This document shows positions 19,101 to 29,253 of a DNA stretch of 64,000 nucleotides, one piece after another. A model generated the notes under the pieces. That model had not been told where the DNA came from, made no database searches, and was given only the letters and a program-made list of their open reading frames with translations. A program made the position numbers and the translations under genes. The stretch comes from a virus, in IMG/VR virus record IMGVR_UViG_3300028146_000010, positions 8,992 through 72,991 of that record; one strand, 5' to 3'. Position 1 is the stretch's first letter. Each line of letters starts with the position of its first letter.

Positions 19101-22100
19101 CGCTTGGGAGCGCAACTTCATCTTGTATTCACGGACAAACTTATCGGTCTGAGCAAGCGACTGTTTCTCGCCTGCACCTTTTTCCAGATCGTCAATGCGT
19201 TTGTTGGCCTGCTCTAGTCGGGAAGTGAGATCGTCAACTTTCGTTTGAATGTCAGGTGGTAACTCGCGGCCTTTGTTCAACGCTTTTAGTTTAGCTGTAA
19301 CCACCGCACGGGAATAGTCACGGTTGATTAACTCACGGCGAATTGCCAGCCCGCGACCTTGTTCACTACCAGCACGATAGACCGCTTCATCGTTCGCATC
19401 GGAAGCGGCGTCTAGCTGCTTCACTTTTTGATAAGCATCGGCAATTTTCTCTTCATTGCCTGACTTTTCCGCTGCGTCCAATTCGGCTGCTGCTAATTCC
19501 TTGCCGTTGCTAATCCGCATCCGGTCGTAAAGCAATGCCATTGATTCTTTGGTAGACAGCGGACGAGGTTCTTTCACGATGCTGGCTGCGAGTGAACGCG
19601 GATCAATATCGCCGTTCCGCACCGCCGCAACGCCTTGATCGAAACTCTCACCATGCGAGCGACGGGCTTTGACGAATTGCGGTAGACCTTGCAGTTCGCG
19701 TTCGGCTTCTACGACGGCGTGTTTAATCGACGTAGTATCAGGTAACGGCTCTGGTGTCTCTACCTTTGCAGTCGAAGGGATGCTTTTAGAGCCTCTAACT
19801 GACTCGGGCGCAATGTCAGTCCCCAACTCACTAACTGCCCTGCCTTCAATAGTCGGCCCTGCCTCACGTACCGCCCTGCCTTCCGTTTCAGGCGTGGCGG
19901 AACGCGATACCACACTGGGTACACGTTCGCTGTCAGTAACGGGCAATGATTCGTTTGTAGTCCCTGAAATTGGTTGCTGTTCTCCACTTGATATGTCAGT
20001 CCTTGCATTTGGTTCTCCTTTAGTTTGCGCTTCTACTCCACCTAGAGGCGGTGCGATCTTTCCCGCTTTTATTAATTCTTTATATGCGGATTCGGGATGT
20101 CTGCCAGATTCCCCCACCAGTGTTATGTTAGACGGATCAATTCTACCTTCTATATTTGCATCCTCGGCAGCGAGAGCATGGGCCGGTGATTTGACTCCGA
20201 GCGCAGATTGCTCAGGCGAAACTTTAAGATCGCCTTTCTTGATGCGAATCGCTAAAATTTGCCGACCATAGCCGGACGCCCCGTCAGGTGTAGCGGCAAC
20301 GGTGACGCCCCTCGCCAATCCACGACCGGGCGCAAACTCTGCGTATTCGCCTCTATCGTATCGTTCACGAGCCAAATTAGACGGCTTCGCAGATGTATCT
20401 ATACCTTCTTTTGCAAACTTTCCAGCCGTGGCTTTATCGGTCGCGTGGAAGACGTACATTGGAGTATCGTCCGGCAATTTATCAAGACGTTGCCCTGCCT
20501 CATATACACCCTCAGTTCCGCGCTTATGCGTCTTGTAAAACTCATCTTCCGTTATGGACTCAGGTCTACCTACTTCACTCTGAGGCGAGGGAGCGGCGAC
20601 TGATTCATACACGGGAATAGTCTCGCGGTTTAGGATTTGCGCGGCGCGAATTCGATGACTGCCTTCTATTCCACCGGGGCCGATTACGATGGGTTGAAAG
20701 CGACCAGACTCTTTAATGTCATTGGCTAGTTCTTGCGAATCCGATTCAAAGCCGGGTTTCGCTGCGGTGCGGGCATCGGGAGTCAATTCAGAAATAGGCA
20801 CATCACGCAGCCGCCAACGCACATCTGTACGGTTAGCGATGTATTTTCCTTTAAAGTTTTGCAGCGACTCTAAAGCGTCTTGTTTAATCTCAAAAGGAAG
20901 TTCATCGGTTCCGAGAGTGCTAGAAACTTCCTTCTTAACGCGCCAATCCTTTTGTCCTACAAGATCGATACCTCTCTGCACGTCTTCAGGCGTGGAAGCC
21001 GTCACGGGCGCGGCTCCGGCCATCGGTGGTTCTACTTGCGGACTACTAGCAGGTTCATTCGGAGGTAGACTTGTCTCCGTTTGTGGCGTTACTGACTGAG
21101 AGACTCTGCGGTCTATTACTTTGAACGGTGCGTTCTCGGCTGCTTGTGCAGCTTCGTCAGCGACTCGGCTATCTATCGGCTGAGGCTTAGCGCGAACAGG
21201 TACGGCAATCTGATTCCCCGCTCCTGTGCCCTTAGGTCGCTGGATAATATGTTCTGTGCCGTCTTCTGCAAGTACGCGAACCTTTCCCTTCCCTGCTCCA
21301 GACTGATCGGCTGATTCCGTGACTAATCCAAAGTCTCGGTGTTGCCAACGGTTTAACGTACTACTTGATTCAGAGCGATCAATGCGTAATGGTTCGGCTT
21401 GGGCCGTTCCCGCTACGATAGGATTCTCAGGCTGAGGTAATATGGATAATCGACCCTGAGCACCTGCAAGTCTTACGGCGTTCTCTGTGCCTTCTGGCGC
21501 GGTCTGAGGTACTTCTGTAGGCTGTGCGCCTTGAAGGTTCGCTCTAACGCGTTCGGCGCGAGCATCTGCAATCACAGGAGCAATGCTCGCCTCGGGCGGC
21601 ACAACCTCTGGCGGACGTGCTCTCGTGCCTTCTGCAACCAGTCCCGGCCCTGCAACCATGCCTGCATTAATTGCACCAGATTTAAGGGCCTCGCTTACTG
21701 GTTTACCTGTCGCTAGATCTACGCCAGCGGTCGCCGCACCTACCTTACCCGCATGGGCCAACGTCCCGCGCACGCCGGGAGATGATTCAGGAATCTCAAA
21801 CGCCGCGCCTTGCAATGCACCCTCAGTGACGGCAGGCACCACGGGACGGCCCATGCCCTTAGCACGTAGTCCACCGCCAGCGGCGAAGGTAGCAATCGGC
21901 GGTACGCCAATCGACATCAATAACAGTTCCGGCGCGGAACCTGCAAAGCCTCCGAGAATATCTTGAGCCAGCTTCGATGCTTGGCCGCGATCCTTACTTT
22001 CCTCTTGTGCGGCCTGTGCGGCTGCGACGGCGCGGATTCGTAACGCATTGGCTGTCTCTTTGGCTCCAACGGTGTTTGCGCCGCCCGCCATGAACTCCGC

Positions 22101-23234
22101 GAGACTAGCAGCACCCTTTCCTTGTAATTCAGTCAACCACTTGGTCATGCTAGAGTCTTGAATCTGTTTACGATACTGCGCGACCTGATTATCAATCTCG
22201 GCTTTGTTCGCTTGTTCCCATGCGGCCTGACTTGCGGCTTGCTGTTCGGCAGACTTTTCGTTAGCGACTCGTTCGAGTACGGCTTCGTTCTCAGTGCGGC
22301 GTAGTGCGGTAGTTTTGGATTCCTCGGCTCCCGGTTCCAACCCGAGATGCTTTTCTAACGGAGTCTGTTGTGCTGAAACTTGCTGTTGAGCACGGATGAT
22401 TCGAGATGTTTCAGGATCATCAATTTGCCGTAGTCCGCCAACGCCATTCGGTTGAGGCTGGCCCATGCCACTAACCGGAGCCGTGGGCGTTAATCCTTGC
22501 CCGATGGTTCCGCCGCCTCCCCATCCTTGTTGCGCACGACGGCGCATAGGAACAACTGTACCTTGCGCACGGGCCATGCCTGCACCCCTGCCGCGAGCCT
22601 CAGCCAGCACAGCGGTCTGCGCTCGATCCATTGCCGCACCCTTAGCTTGTACGTCTTCCTCTGCGGCAGCAATCGGGTCTTTGTTTACCAGCCCACCGCT
22701 TAAAATGTCAGGCTGTTGCGTTGCGGGTTGCTGAGGTTTTACTACCAGCCCACCGCTGAGTATCGGGTCTTGTCTTGACTGTGCCGCACCCGTGGCTTTA
22801 ACGTACTGCGCGGCGGTCATGTTGCCGTCAGAAATGTTTGGTATGCGACCTGTACGCTCATAGGTTTGCTTAGCTCGTGGGCCACCAAAATAATATAACC
22901 GTCGCGCTACTGGATCGTCACCACCTTCCGCAAAGTACCGCAATCCTGCCTCAATATTCTCATCGGGATTCCTAAGATTGTACCGCCGCCCTCCAACAGT
23001 CCGAGTCGTGCCACCCCGAACATCCGGCATCACCTGACCAAATCCTTGTGCGCCCTTAGAACTATCCCGTACGTTGACGTTATGACCAGACTCGACTTGA
23101 GTAGTTTTAAGGTAATCTTCGGCAACGTCGGGAGCGATATTCGATTGCGTCGCAATGCGCCTTACGCGATCCGCAGGATCAGCGGAGCGAGGCACTAAGC
23201 CGCCAGAGAGGATGTCGTTAGGATCGTCAGGCAT
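16161..23234 (-). CDS. giant internal virion/ejection polyvalent protein: SLT-like transglycosylase, ParB-like and ADP-ribosyltransferase-like domains, long helical C-terminus
   Basis: likely start MPDDPND at 23234; SLT motifs QVESG, SSKGAQGFGQVMP, NPDENIEAGLRY; ParB-like PIVIGPGGIEGSHRIRAA; ART-like YVFHATD...GVTVAATPDGASGYG..ILAIRI...IDPSNI. Confidence 0.75.
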   Translation of the reverse strand: MPDDPNDILSGGLVPRSADPADRVRRIATQSNIAPDVAEDYLKTTQVESGHNVNVRDSSKGAQGFGQVMPDVRGGTTRTVGGRRYNLRNPDENIEAGLRYFAEGGDDPVARRLYYFGGPRAKQTYERTGRIPNISDGNMTAAQYVKATGAAQSRQDPILSGGLVVKPQQPATQQPDILSGGLVNKDPIAAAEEDVQAKGAAMDRAQTAVLAEARGRGAGMARAQGTVVPMRRRAQQGWGGGGTIGQGLTPTAPVSGMGQPQPNGVGGLRQIDDPETSRIIRAQQQVSAQQTPLEKHLGLEPGAEESKTTALRRTENEAVLERVANEKSAEQQAASQAAWEQANKAEIDNQVAQYRKQIQDSSMTKWLTELQGKGAASLAEFMAGGANTVGAKETANALRIRAVAAAQAAQEESKDRGQASKLAQDILGGFAGSAPELLLMSIGVPPIATFAAGGGLRAKGMGRPVVPAVTEGALQGAAFEIPESSPGVRGTLAHAGKVGAATAGVDLATGKPVSEALKSGAINAGMVAGPGLVAEGTRARPPEVVPPEASIAPVIADARAERVRANLQGAQPTEVPQTAPEGTENAVRLAGAQGRLSILPQPENPIVAGTAQAEPLRIDRSESSSTLNRWQHRDFGLVTESADQSGAGKGKVRVLAEDGTEHIIQRPKGTGAGNQIAVPVRAKPQPIDSRVADEAAQAAENAPFKVIDRRVSQSVTPQTETSLPPNEPASSPQVEPPMAGAAPVTASTPEDVQRGIDLVGQKDWRVKKEVSSTLGTDELPFEIKQDALESLQNFKGKYIANRTDVRWRLRDVPISELTPDARTAAKPGFESDSQELANDIKESGRFQPIVIGPGGIEGSHRIRAAQILNRETIPVYESVAAPSPQSEVGRPESITEDEFYKTHKRGTEGVYEAGQRLDKLPDDTPMYVFHATDKATAGKFAKEGIDTSAKPSNLARERYDRGEYAEFAPGRGLARGVTVAATPDGASGYGRQILAIRIKKGDLKVSPEQSALGVKSPAHALAAEDANIEGRIDPSNITLVGESGRHPESAYKELIKAGKIAPPLGGVEAQTKGEPNARTDISSGEQQPISGTTNESLPVTDSERVPSVVSRSATPETEGRAVREAGPTIEGRAVSELGTDIAPESVRGSKSIPSTAKVETPEPLPDTTSIKHAVVEAERELQGLPQFVKARRSHGESFDQGVAAVRNGDIDPRSLAASIVKEPRPLSTKESMALLYDRMRISNGKELAAAELDAAEKSGNEEKIADAYQKVKQLDAASDANDEAVYRAGSEQGRGLAIRRELINRDYSRAVVTAKLKALNKGRELPPDIQTKVDDLTSRLEQANKRIDDLEKGAGEKQSLAQTDKFVREYKMKLRSQARQRTREVLATERADLKQQFAKLTGSRSVAEFIHSEKGEFDPAKAGEMARVVRDLARNYIEDGVTKAGDIVDSIHAHLKDVSDLSKREVSDLISGYGQIKKTTTDAVEKKLNEVQSILASTSGKADVVEKGIRPLRRGQQRDKPTEDQRRALRELQDAMREQGVKLGEKPYNPETEQATPLDKAKQTTRNRIEQLKSWIASGKKEVQGRQQVIPDSELRQLKAEQAGLEKAAALISDPAADQKAVERRLTELNKSISENQAAIRSGKVKPEVREGARSLWSPEIGAAEKERATLRQIVTDMRADAARKAREAPQPKASFYGATGSWAEYEAEARKTLNVQKASGQRWAGKVRDMQAELTDMQKTGQRAVKPEQKVTPETDEVRVAKRNAKILQSQIDNLGNVIDWRNKNVFQKGLAYTAAGVRAGLLTGTRTIGKIGSALGQSAAQQYMGEVAGEGARKLFPRTAEMAPRHGQRISGESEAEFARGIGRGVKDIPRALMSGETSLTLEAGKRYPQIPTKAGTVLAVPGRVHMAEKNILGSGENARAKVQNRQWAEKQGMDVNDPDVKQWIDDAAAKHAEEIMMLGDNPFSRMVRGGRRMLSKEGQDVSRIFVPVERVPSNYLFGQLIGEYGLGLPRGIARGIASEVRLRRAVAETSTHNMDATIVEAAKELERRNPDLMGKLSPEAADKTMRLLKRGSVGLIYMALGGLSGAGAGKVALGGYYGGAGDKNEVKPGDVKVGPVTIPHWALHSPPNELAQFTSTLKREIQSQVAQNKDQSLGQRVRTGLATGAKGTAQQVPFLNEYVDAVSSLKNGETMSTQMGKWLAARVEPQIMQELAKATDKEETEIARRRPKGFTQAMEMGVPGLRQQVPFNISPVFNNQPSKGSDEMKRLGVNVKGVIIQPDETPDEYEQRRRTVNYNIQQQTDALVSSSAYDKMSEKDKAEAIRKIPEQVADAYRRTQPRKAAKPRQPRTVLAAAP

Positions 23235-23238
23235 AGCG

Positions 23239-23514
23239 TCAACATCGGAACGGTTCTCGAATTTCACAAAATGCCTTATCACGCGCTCGGGAAAGAATAC
23301 TAGCCGTCACGTCCAGCTTGGCTAACTCCTGACACGCACCGCCAGTTTCGCAATCATCATGTTGCATTGCGTACTCTTTACAGAAATCAATCGAGTCCCA
23401 GTTCTCGTCATCCAATACGACATGCCAACAGCAACCCGCCGCATGGTTAATATAAATCTGCTTGATTAGCTCTTTCGCTTTGGGCGAAATGTTAACGCGC
23501 TTAGGTACTGACAT
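23239..23514 (-). CDS. hypothetical protein (GCCWHVVLDDEN motif)
   Basis: 91 aa inserted between the two ejection-type genes. Confidence 0.55.
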   Translation of the reverse strand: MSVPKRVNISPKAKELIKQIYINHAAGCCWHVVLDDENWDSIDFCKEYAMQHDDCETGGACQELAKLDVTASILSRARDKAFCEIREPFRC

Positions 23515-24968
23515 CAGGGGATCACTTGGTAACGAGCCGCTTGCGCCGCTGCGATGGCCTTCGGTAAGTCGGCCTCTTGTCCTCTATGCGCGGCTAGCCA
23601 TGCGGACTTTGAGAATTGGTGAGTAGACGGTGACGGAATAGACATCGCCGCTCCCCGTGTCGGCTTCTTATTCGCCTCTCGATTCTGCTTGTCGCGTTCA
23701 GCGAAGGCTTTGTCGGCTTCACTCTTTTCGTACTCCGCATCCTTACGGGCTTGCGTGATGGCGGCTTCTAACGAGATACGACGAGGGTCGTCAGGCGATA
23801 CAGCGCCCAAACCTTTAAGTTCAGATGTATATTGATTGACTTCATTTAACCGTTGACCATATTTCTGTGAATGATCATTGCCGCTACGTTCAGCGTCTTG
23901 TGCAGCCTGTTTAGCCGATTCCTTTGCGGCATCGTCTTCCTCAATCTTACCCGTGCGAGTGGACTCCGTGGCAATCAACGGCTTATCACCACGCTTCTGA
24001 TCCTCGTACTCTTTGCCGTTCCAGATGGTACGGATGGCGGTGCCAGCGGGGATGCCGTCGTATTCGCCGTCAGCGACGATGCGGGTGGATTCATGGGGCG
24101 TGGCGCTCTTGCCTGTCGCGCTCTCACTGGCTCGGTGATGCCGTTCAGTCTCGGTGATTTCCTTTAACTTGTCGGCTGCGGCCTGCTTAATCCTCTGGTC
24201 TTCCAGCCTCACCCTCGCTGCTTCTATCGCTGGCCGCGCCTGTTCACCTGCTACCTTAGCTTGTTCGCCTTCAATGCCGAGTTGCTGGCCGAGTAGGGCG
24301 GTGTGGCGCTGTAGGGCATCGTTGGCAATTTGACGGTCTATGGCAACGGGTTTGACGCCGCCGACAATCGCCCCACCACCAGCGGCTCCAATTAACTCTG
24401 CGACTGAGGCGTTGGGATGTGTCTTGGAATACTCGTTGATATTCACCAATGCACCCTTGCCAATCGACTTCAACGTATCCATGAACCCGTGGTGCATTTT
24501 AGGGGGCAGGATTTCACCGCTGGATGTCACCTTGGATGATGGGTAGTCACGTACGGCATCACGTTCGGCATCTAGCACGGTGGCTGAGCGGTCGCTGCCA
24601 GTTAGACCGCGTGTGTCCGTGCCAATGCGGACTTTAATCGGTGGCGTTTGATAAGACGCGGGGTTCACCGGCCCACCTGCGGACGTGGGATTGGATTCAG
24701 GAATGGCTGGTAATGTGCCACGAGGATGCTGACCAGCGGGTGTGGAGTTGTCAGCCAGTGGCACATCGCCCTGCGGCTTCATTAACCCGGTTAATCCATT
24801 CGCCCCGTACGCCACTCGTGCAGGCGGCGGCGCAAGCTCGTCTACCGCCACACGTTTCGCCGCAGAGAAGTCATCCGGCAACTTACCCTGTGGCGCGGAT
24901 GCGGCCATGAGGGCGAGTAAACGCTTGCGAGCGGCATCGTCGGTGGATAGGCCATCGAATAACGGCAT
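23514..24968 (-). CDS. putative DNA ejection/pilot protein
   Basis: 484 aa, disordered N-terminus, Gly/Ala hydrophobic segment (LIGAAGGGAIVGG), ETERHHRA motif and charged coiled coil typical of podovirus ejection proteins. Confidence 0.55.
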   Translation of the reverse strand: MPLFDGLSTDDAARKRLLALMAASAPQGKLPDDFSAAKRVAVDELAPPPARVAYGANGLTGLMKPQGDVPLADNSTPAGQHPRGTLPAIPESNPTSAGGPVNPASYQTPPIKVRIGTDTRGLTGSDRSATVLDAERDAVRDYPSSKVTSSGEILPPKMHHGFMDTLKSIGKGALVNINEYSKTHPNASVAELIGAAGGGAIVGGVKPVAIDRQIANDALQRHTALLGQQLGIEGEQAKVAGEQARPAIEAARVRLEDQRIKQAAADKLKEITETERHHRASESATGKSATPHESTRIVADGEYDGIPAGTAIRTIWNGKEYEDQKRGDKPLIATESTRTGKIEEDDAAKESAKQAAQDAERSGNDHSQKYGQRLNEVNQYTSELKGLGAVSPDDPRRISLEAAITQARKDAEYEKSEADKAFAERDKQNREANKKPTRGAAMSIPSPSTHQFSKSAWLAAHRGQEADLPKAIAAAQAARYQVIP

Positions 24969-24974
24969 GGGCGC

Positions 24975-25006
24975 ATGGTAGCACTAGGCGGGGGATTTGG
25001 GAATAG
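24975..25006 (-). promoter_or_regulatory. putative late promoter, leaderless
   Basis: TTCCCA-N17-TACCAT with extended TG, 6 nt before ATG; shares CTATTCC-N14-AGTGCTA with the terS promoter. Confidence 0.5.
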
Positions 25007-25691
25007 AAGATTGCTCGGCCTTCTCTCTAGCAGATATAAGAGCCGACACAGCCCGATACAGTAATTCTGTTTTATTCTCGCAATCATCATCAACCGCCGC
25101 CCATGTTTCAGGCGTCATGCCCGCCGTGTTGGCTTTAAGCCATTGTATCGCCGCCTCAACAACCTTTCGCTCCGCATTAGCAACCGTTAAATCAAGCGCT
25201 ATGGGCGCAAACTTATCCGTTCGCATTCCCTGACGAGGTTTGGATGTGGAGATTTCGTGGTTGATGCCGAGTGGGGCGACATTGTCATCGTCTATCGTTG
25301 GAATACACATTGGCTTGCCGTCAACCATTCGGACATCTCTTGCCGCTCCCGCCCGCAAATGTCGCGCATACCTCTCGGGGATTTCGGGGTAGGGGTCGGC
25401 GGCGTCGGACTTGTGAGACGTGCTCCGACTTAGATTGATGTTCTTGAATACGGCGCTCTTGTCCACCGATCCACCAACTCCCACATAATGCCCATCGTGC
25501 CCTGATGCCCTCAATCCCCACGATCTTACCAACTCTCTCCGCTCCAAATACCTTTGATACGCCGCCCACTTGCGATTCACCTTACGGGCGAAGTACGCGG
25601 CAGCTCGCGCTTGCAGCCAATGATTGCTAATCCACCCACACCACCATGACGATGCGCCGATTTCGTAGTCGAGGAGTTCGGGTTTGGTCAT
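24984..25691 (-). CDS. hypothetical protein
   Basis: likely start MTKPEL behind GGAGG. Confidence 0.5.
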   Translation of the reverse strand: MTKPELLDYEIGASSWWCGWISNHWLQARAAAYFARKVNRKWAAYQRYLERRELVRSWGLRASGHDGHYVGVGGSVDKSAVFKNINLSRSTSHKSDAADPYPEIPERYARHLRAGAARDVRMVDGKPMCIPTIDDDNVAPLGINHEISTSKPRQGMRTDKFAPIALDLTVANAERKVVEAAIQWLKANTAGMTPETWAAVDDDCENKTELLYRAVSALISAREKAEQSSIPKSPA

Positions 25692-28551
25692 GGCTTCCTC
25701 CCCGCAATAGCAGCCGCGCACTGTTTCTTAATCTCACCGCTCAGCCAGATATGCTCGCTGAATAGAAGCAGAAAGATGGCAATAGGAATCCACCAACCAA
25801 ACTTCCACGCGAGAATGCCGATGCCTGCCGACCCTGAGAGGAGTTGAATCATTGCAAACTTAAAACTCACTTTTACTCCTTCCCTGCGGTGGGGTTGGTT
25901 GGGTCGGTGGACACATCCCGCAATAATCCCGCTACTTGTTTATTCAGCCGCGCTAATTCTTCTCGCTGACGATGTATGATATCAACTAGCGTTTGATATT
26001 CTTGATGCTGCTTCCGAAAATATCGCTGATTTTCAGCGAACTTATAAGCGGCGTGGCGCAAGTAGTAGCCCAAATCCGGGTAGTTAGGACATCCGGGTTC
26101 AATCGCTGCCTTCAGGAGACGAACCTGATCATGCAATGACAATTCTGATTCACCGTCCCAATTTACCTTAGAGTGAGCATAGAATAACCGAATCCAATAC
26201 TCACGATCCGTTCGTAGTTGCTGAACGCTTGGCAGGCAATCAGCATCTTCGCTCAGAACACCCGCTGTGTCGTATCTGATTTCTAAGGTCATTTCTCCCC
26301 TCGTCGGTCGGAAGGTGACGAACCAAGCAATCGTCTTATATCGCTAGCCGCATCACGTAACTCGTCAAACTGCGAGTGTTCGATAAAGGCTATTGAATTA
26401 TCGTCCGACTGTCCCGCAGAGGCTAAACTCTCCGCTGCTTCAAGCAGTCTTAATTGCGCTTGTCCTAATTCTGTTTGTTCAGGCATAATTTTCTTCTCCC
26501 TTCCTCACGGCTGGCAAGGTGGTGGCGGATGGTTGGCCTCCGGTTTCAGCCCTAACACGCGAGGAGATTCACGTCGCGCAGCGCGTTCAAACCACGAAGC
26601 AATAGCCGCCGCATTTCGATCTTCGGGATCGTAGATGCAACGAAAGTGTCGAAGCATCTCAGGCGGCAATGCTTCCATGTGTTGCGGCAATCGCCCCGAC
26701 TGCGAACACGTCCAAAGTTCAAACGCGGTCAAGTCCGGCAACGGATCAAAGCTGAAATAAATTGTGTTCACTTTGTCACTCCACCCCTCCCTTCCGCGTG
26801 CTCGTCGTCTCTGGTTTCAGCTCGTCGTAAAACTCAAACTCGATACTCTGCACTTGCGCGGAACCGCCCACAGACGCAATCTTGGTCGTTGAACGAAATT
26901 GCCGCTCTCTAAGATCGTACTTGAGCGACAACGCTCTAGCGAGAAGTTGCAGGGCTTCGTCGTACGTTATGGTGATTTTCATTCCTCTCCCTTCCGCTGG
27001 TGCGGCGGCGGCCCACCCTGCTCCATTGCCGCATCCGTGTAATCCGCAGTTTCCAGCACCATCAGGCTTGCGCCACCTTCTAGTTCAGCCAACCGTTTCA
27101 CGTAAACTTTAAGCAACGCCTCTTTGTTCGGATGGGTCAAATACACCGCATCCCAAAGCGCCTGAACTTCGCGCTGTAGCCGCAACGCACTTAGCCCGAT
27201 ATGCGCATAAACGGTAGTTGGCACTTGTACGGTTTCGTTATCGTTCATATCCCCACTCCCCGTCTACTCCCTCACTCGTGATGTGGCTCAATCTCCGAAG
27301 TAGGCAATGCTCGTTTAATATCCCAAGCCAACGAATGCTCGGCGTTCTCAATCCAGCCCTTCCCGCATTCAAACCCTCGCATGAATTCGGGATCGTCACT
27401 GTCGAATGGCATTAGCAGTTCATTCATGTTTAACCCTGCCCACCTTTCCGCCGCGACTCAACCGCCGTCTGCTGCCGTAGGGGAGGTGGGTGGTCTTAGC
27501 GTCGCATTATGCAGTTCGCAAATCTCTTCCGCATGTTTCAACCATTCTTCAAACTTCGCGTTGTCGAGTTCGGGGTACGGATACCGAGCGATGTACATCT
27601 TTTCGTCGGCCCATCCCGTCTTAATCGTGTAGCCATCCATACTGACGCGCCACTTGCACGGATCGTCTATGAAGTTTGCGCCGCTTGTCATTTGCTTACC
27701 ATCCAAAATGCCGTCCGATTAGTTTTTCAACGGCCCAATTCGCCCACCAAGCACCGATAGCGATACCCGCAACCAGACCGCCGACAAAAGCAGCAATTAG
27801 CCAAATCATGATTGATGAAACTTTCCGACTTTAGATAATTCCTCAAGCATGGATTCGCTGATGTTGTAACGCTTAATAAACTCGTTGCGCTTATGCAGGA
27901 TCGCCGCAAAGTCCGCGTCGATTTCACCCCGCAAAAGCAGCAACGCATCGACCGCTCGTGCCACTTTGGTAAAGTCGTAAGGCTTTCCGCTGTATTGCCC
28001 TTTGCGCCAATTTACCGCCTCTGCGATCACATCTTGCTCTGCGCGATGCGGCCTACATAAATCAGCCGGATTGTCAGCGTCTAGGTCGGTTCCGCATTGC
28101 TGGCACTTCCACGCGCTCATGAATTCGTCCTCATGAACGTAAGGCAGCCAAGACCGAACGACACCGAACCCGCAGTACGATTATCAAAACGAACGCCCCA
28201 CTTGAAGCCACCGTGACGCCAAAGGCTAAAACGCCAGCGTCCGATCTTAAATCGTTTTGGCGTTCGCATCGGCGGCGCGAGAGGCGAGCACTTGTGATCC
28301 TCTTTAATCGCGCCGCACTTGCCACACGCATAAGTCGCCGCTTTGTACTCTTGAATCGCACGGTAAGCATCAGAAATTGCGACATGCAGCTTATCGTCAA
28401 GGCCGTGTTCTTCGGCGGCTTCAACTAAATCCTCAAGCGCCTCACACAGAGACTTGCAATGCTTCATCGACTTCTCGAACATTAGCATCAGAACTCGATC
28501 TGATTCTGTTGGCATATTCTCTCCCTCAGATGCGCGTGTAACCTTCCTCAA
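25688..28551 (-). CDS. run of about 10 small coupled hypothetical genes
   Basis: 25688-25870, 25873-26292, 26289-26486, 26505-26771, 26776-26982, 26979-27248, a 51-aa ORF near 27272-27427, 27458-27706, 27806-28120, 28117-~28516; RBSs and ATGA/TGATG overlaps. Confidence 0.5.
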
Positions 28552-29005
28552 ACGCCTTCGCAGGCGAGTAGGACTTGTAGCCGTCTTTGTAGACCACGTA
28601 GTAACCGCCTGCTTGCGGGTTATGTTTCCGCATGTAACCGTCGCTTACTCCAAACGGCGCAAACCCTTCGTCGTCAGGCGTGATGATAGCCGCATCAAAC
28701 ACCGGACTCTCTTGTTGGCTATCAAGAATCTGTTGCAACTGTTCCACGGTCGGCACACAGCGTTCAATGGATTTGATTTTCAGTGCCCAGACTTCTTTAT
28801 GGCACAAGTAACGTGGCATCTCACGAACGACGCCCGTTGAGGCTGCCGCTTGCGCTGCGTCCTGAGCCATAAACCGCCGTTGAAATTCAGCCATGCGATC
28901 CTGAACACTGATTTCTTTGAAGTAGTCAGCTTCCTCTTTCGTCAAGCCAACATCCCCCGGCCTTAACGGTCCTTCGTAAATCTCACCACTCATCGGACTT
29001 CCCAT
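28526..29005 (-). CDS. protein with GYYVVYxDGYxSxSPxxAFEEGY domain (often fused to Tad2/DUF2829-type anti-defence proteins)
   Basis: C-terminal PRYLCHKEVWALKI...NPQAGGYYVVYKDGYKSYSPAKAFEEGYTRI. Confidence 0.6.
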   Translation of the reverse strand: MGSPMSGEIYEGPLRPGDVGLTKEEADYFKEISVQDRMAEFQRRFMAQDAAQAAASTGVVREMPRYLCHKEVWALKIKSIERCVPTVEQLQQILDSQQESPVFDAAIITPDDEGFAPFGVSDGYMRKHNPQAGGYYVVYKDGYKSYSPAKAFEEGYTRI

Positions 29006-29253
29006 TATCGTTTTCCTTTCTTGTTGCCATTCCGCAACGCCCGCTCAAACTCCTCCACTAACTCGTAATTCCAGTCCCTCCGCCCCGCCTCAAGGTCGCT
29101 GAGGTAGGAGGCCGTGACGCCCATACGTTCAGCCACGACCTTCTGGGCCACAGGGATGGCCTTACGAGCAGAGGCCAGCGATTCACCTGTGGGTAGACCG
29201 CCCGTGCCGCCACAGCGGGGGCAGGTGTTAAACTTATAGCCATTATCGCTCAT
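29005..29253 (-). CDS. XRE-family HTH regulator with N-terminal CxxCxGxG
   Basis: CPRCGGTG then QKVVAERMGVTASYLSDLEAGRR. Confidence 0.8.
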   Translation of the reverse strand: MSDNGYKFNTCPRCGGTGGLPTGESLASARKAIPVAQKVVAERMGVTASYLSDLEAGRRDWNYELVEEFERALRNGNKKGKR

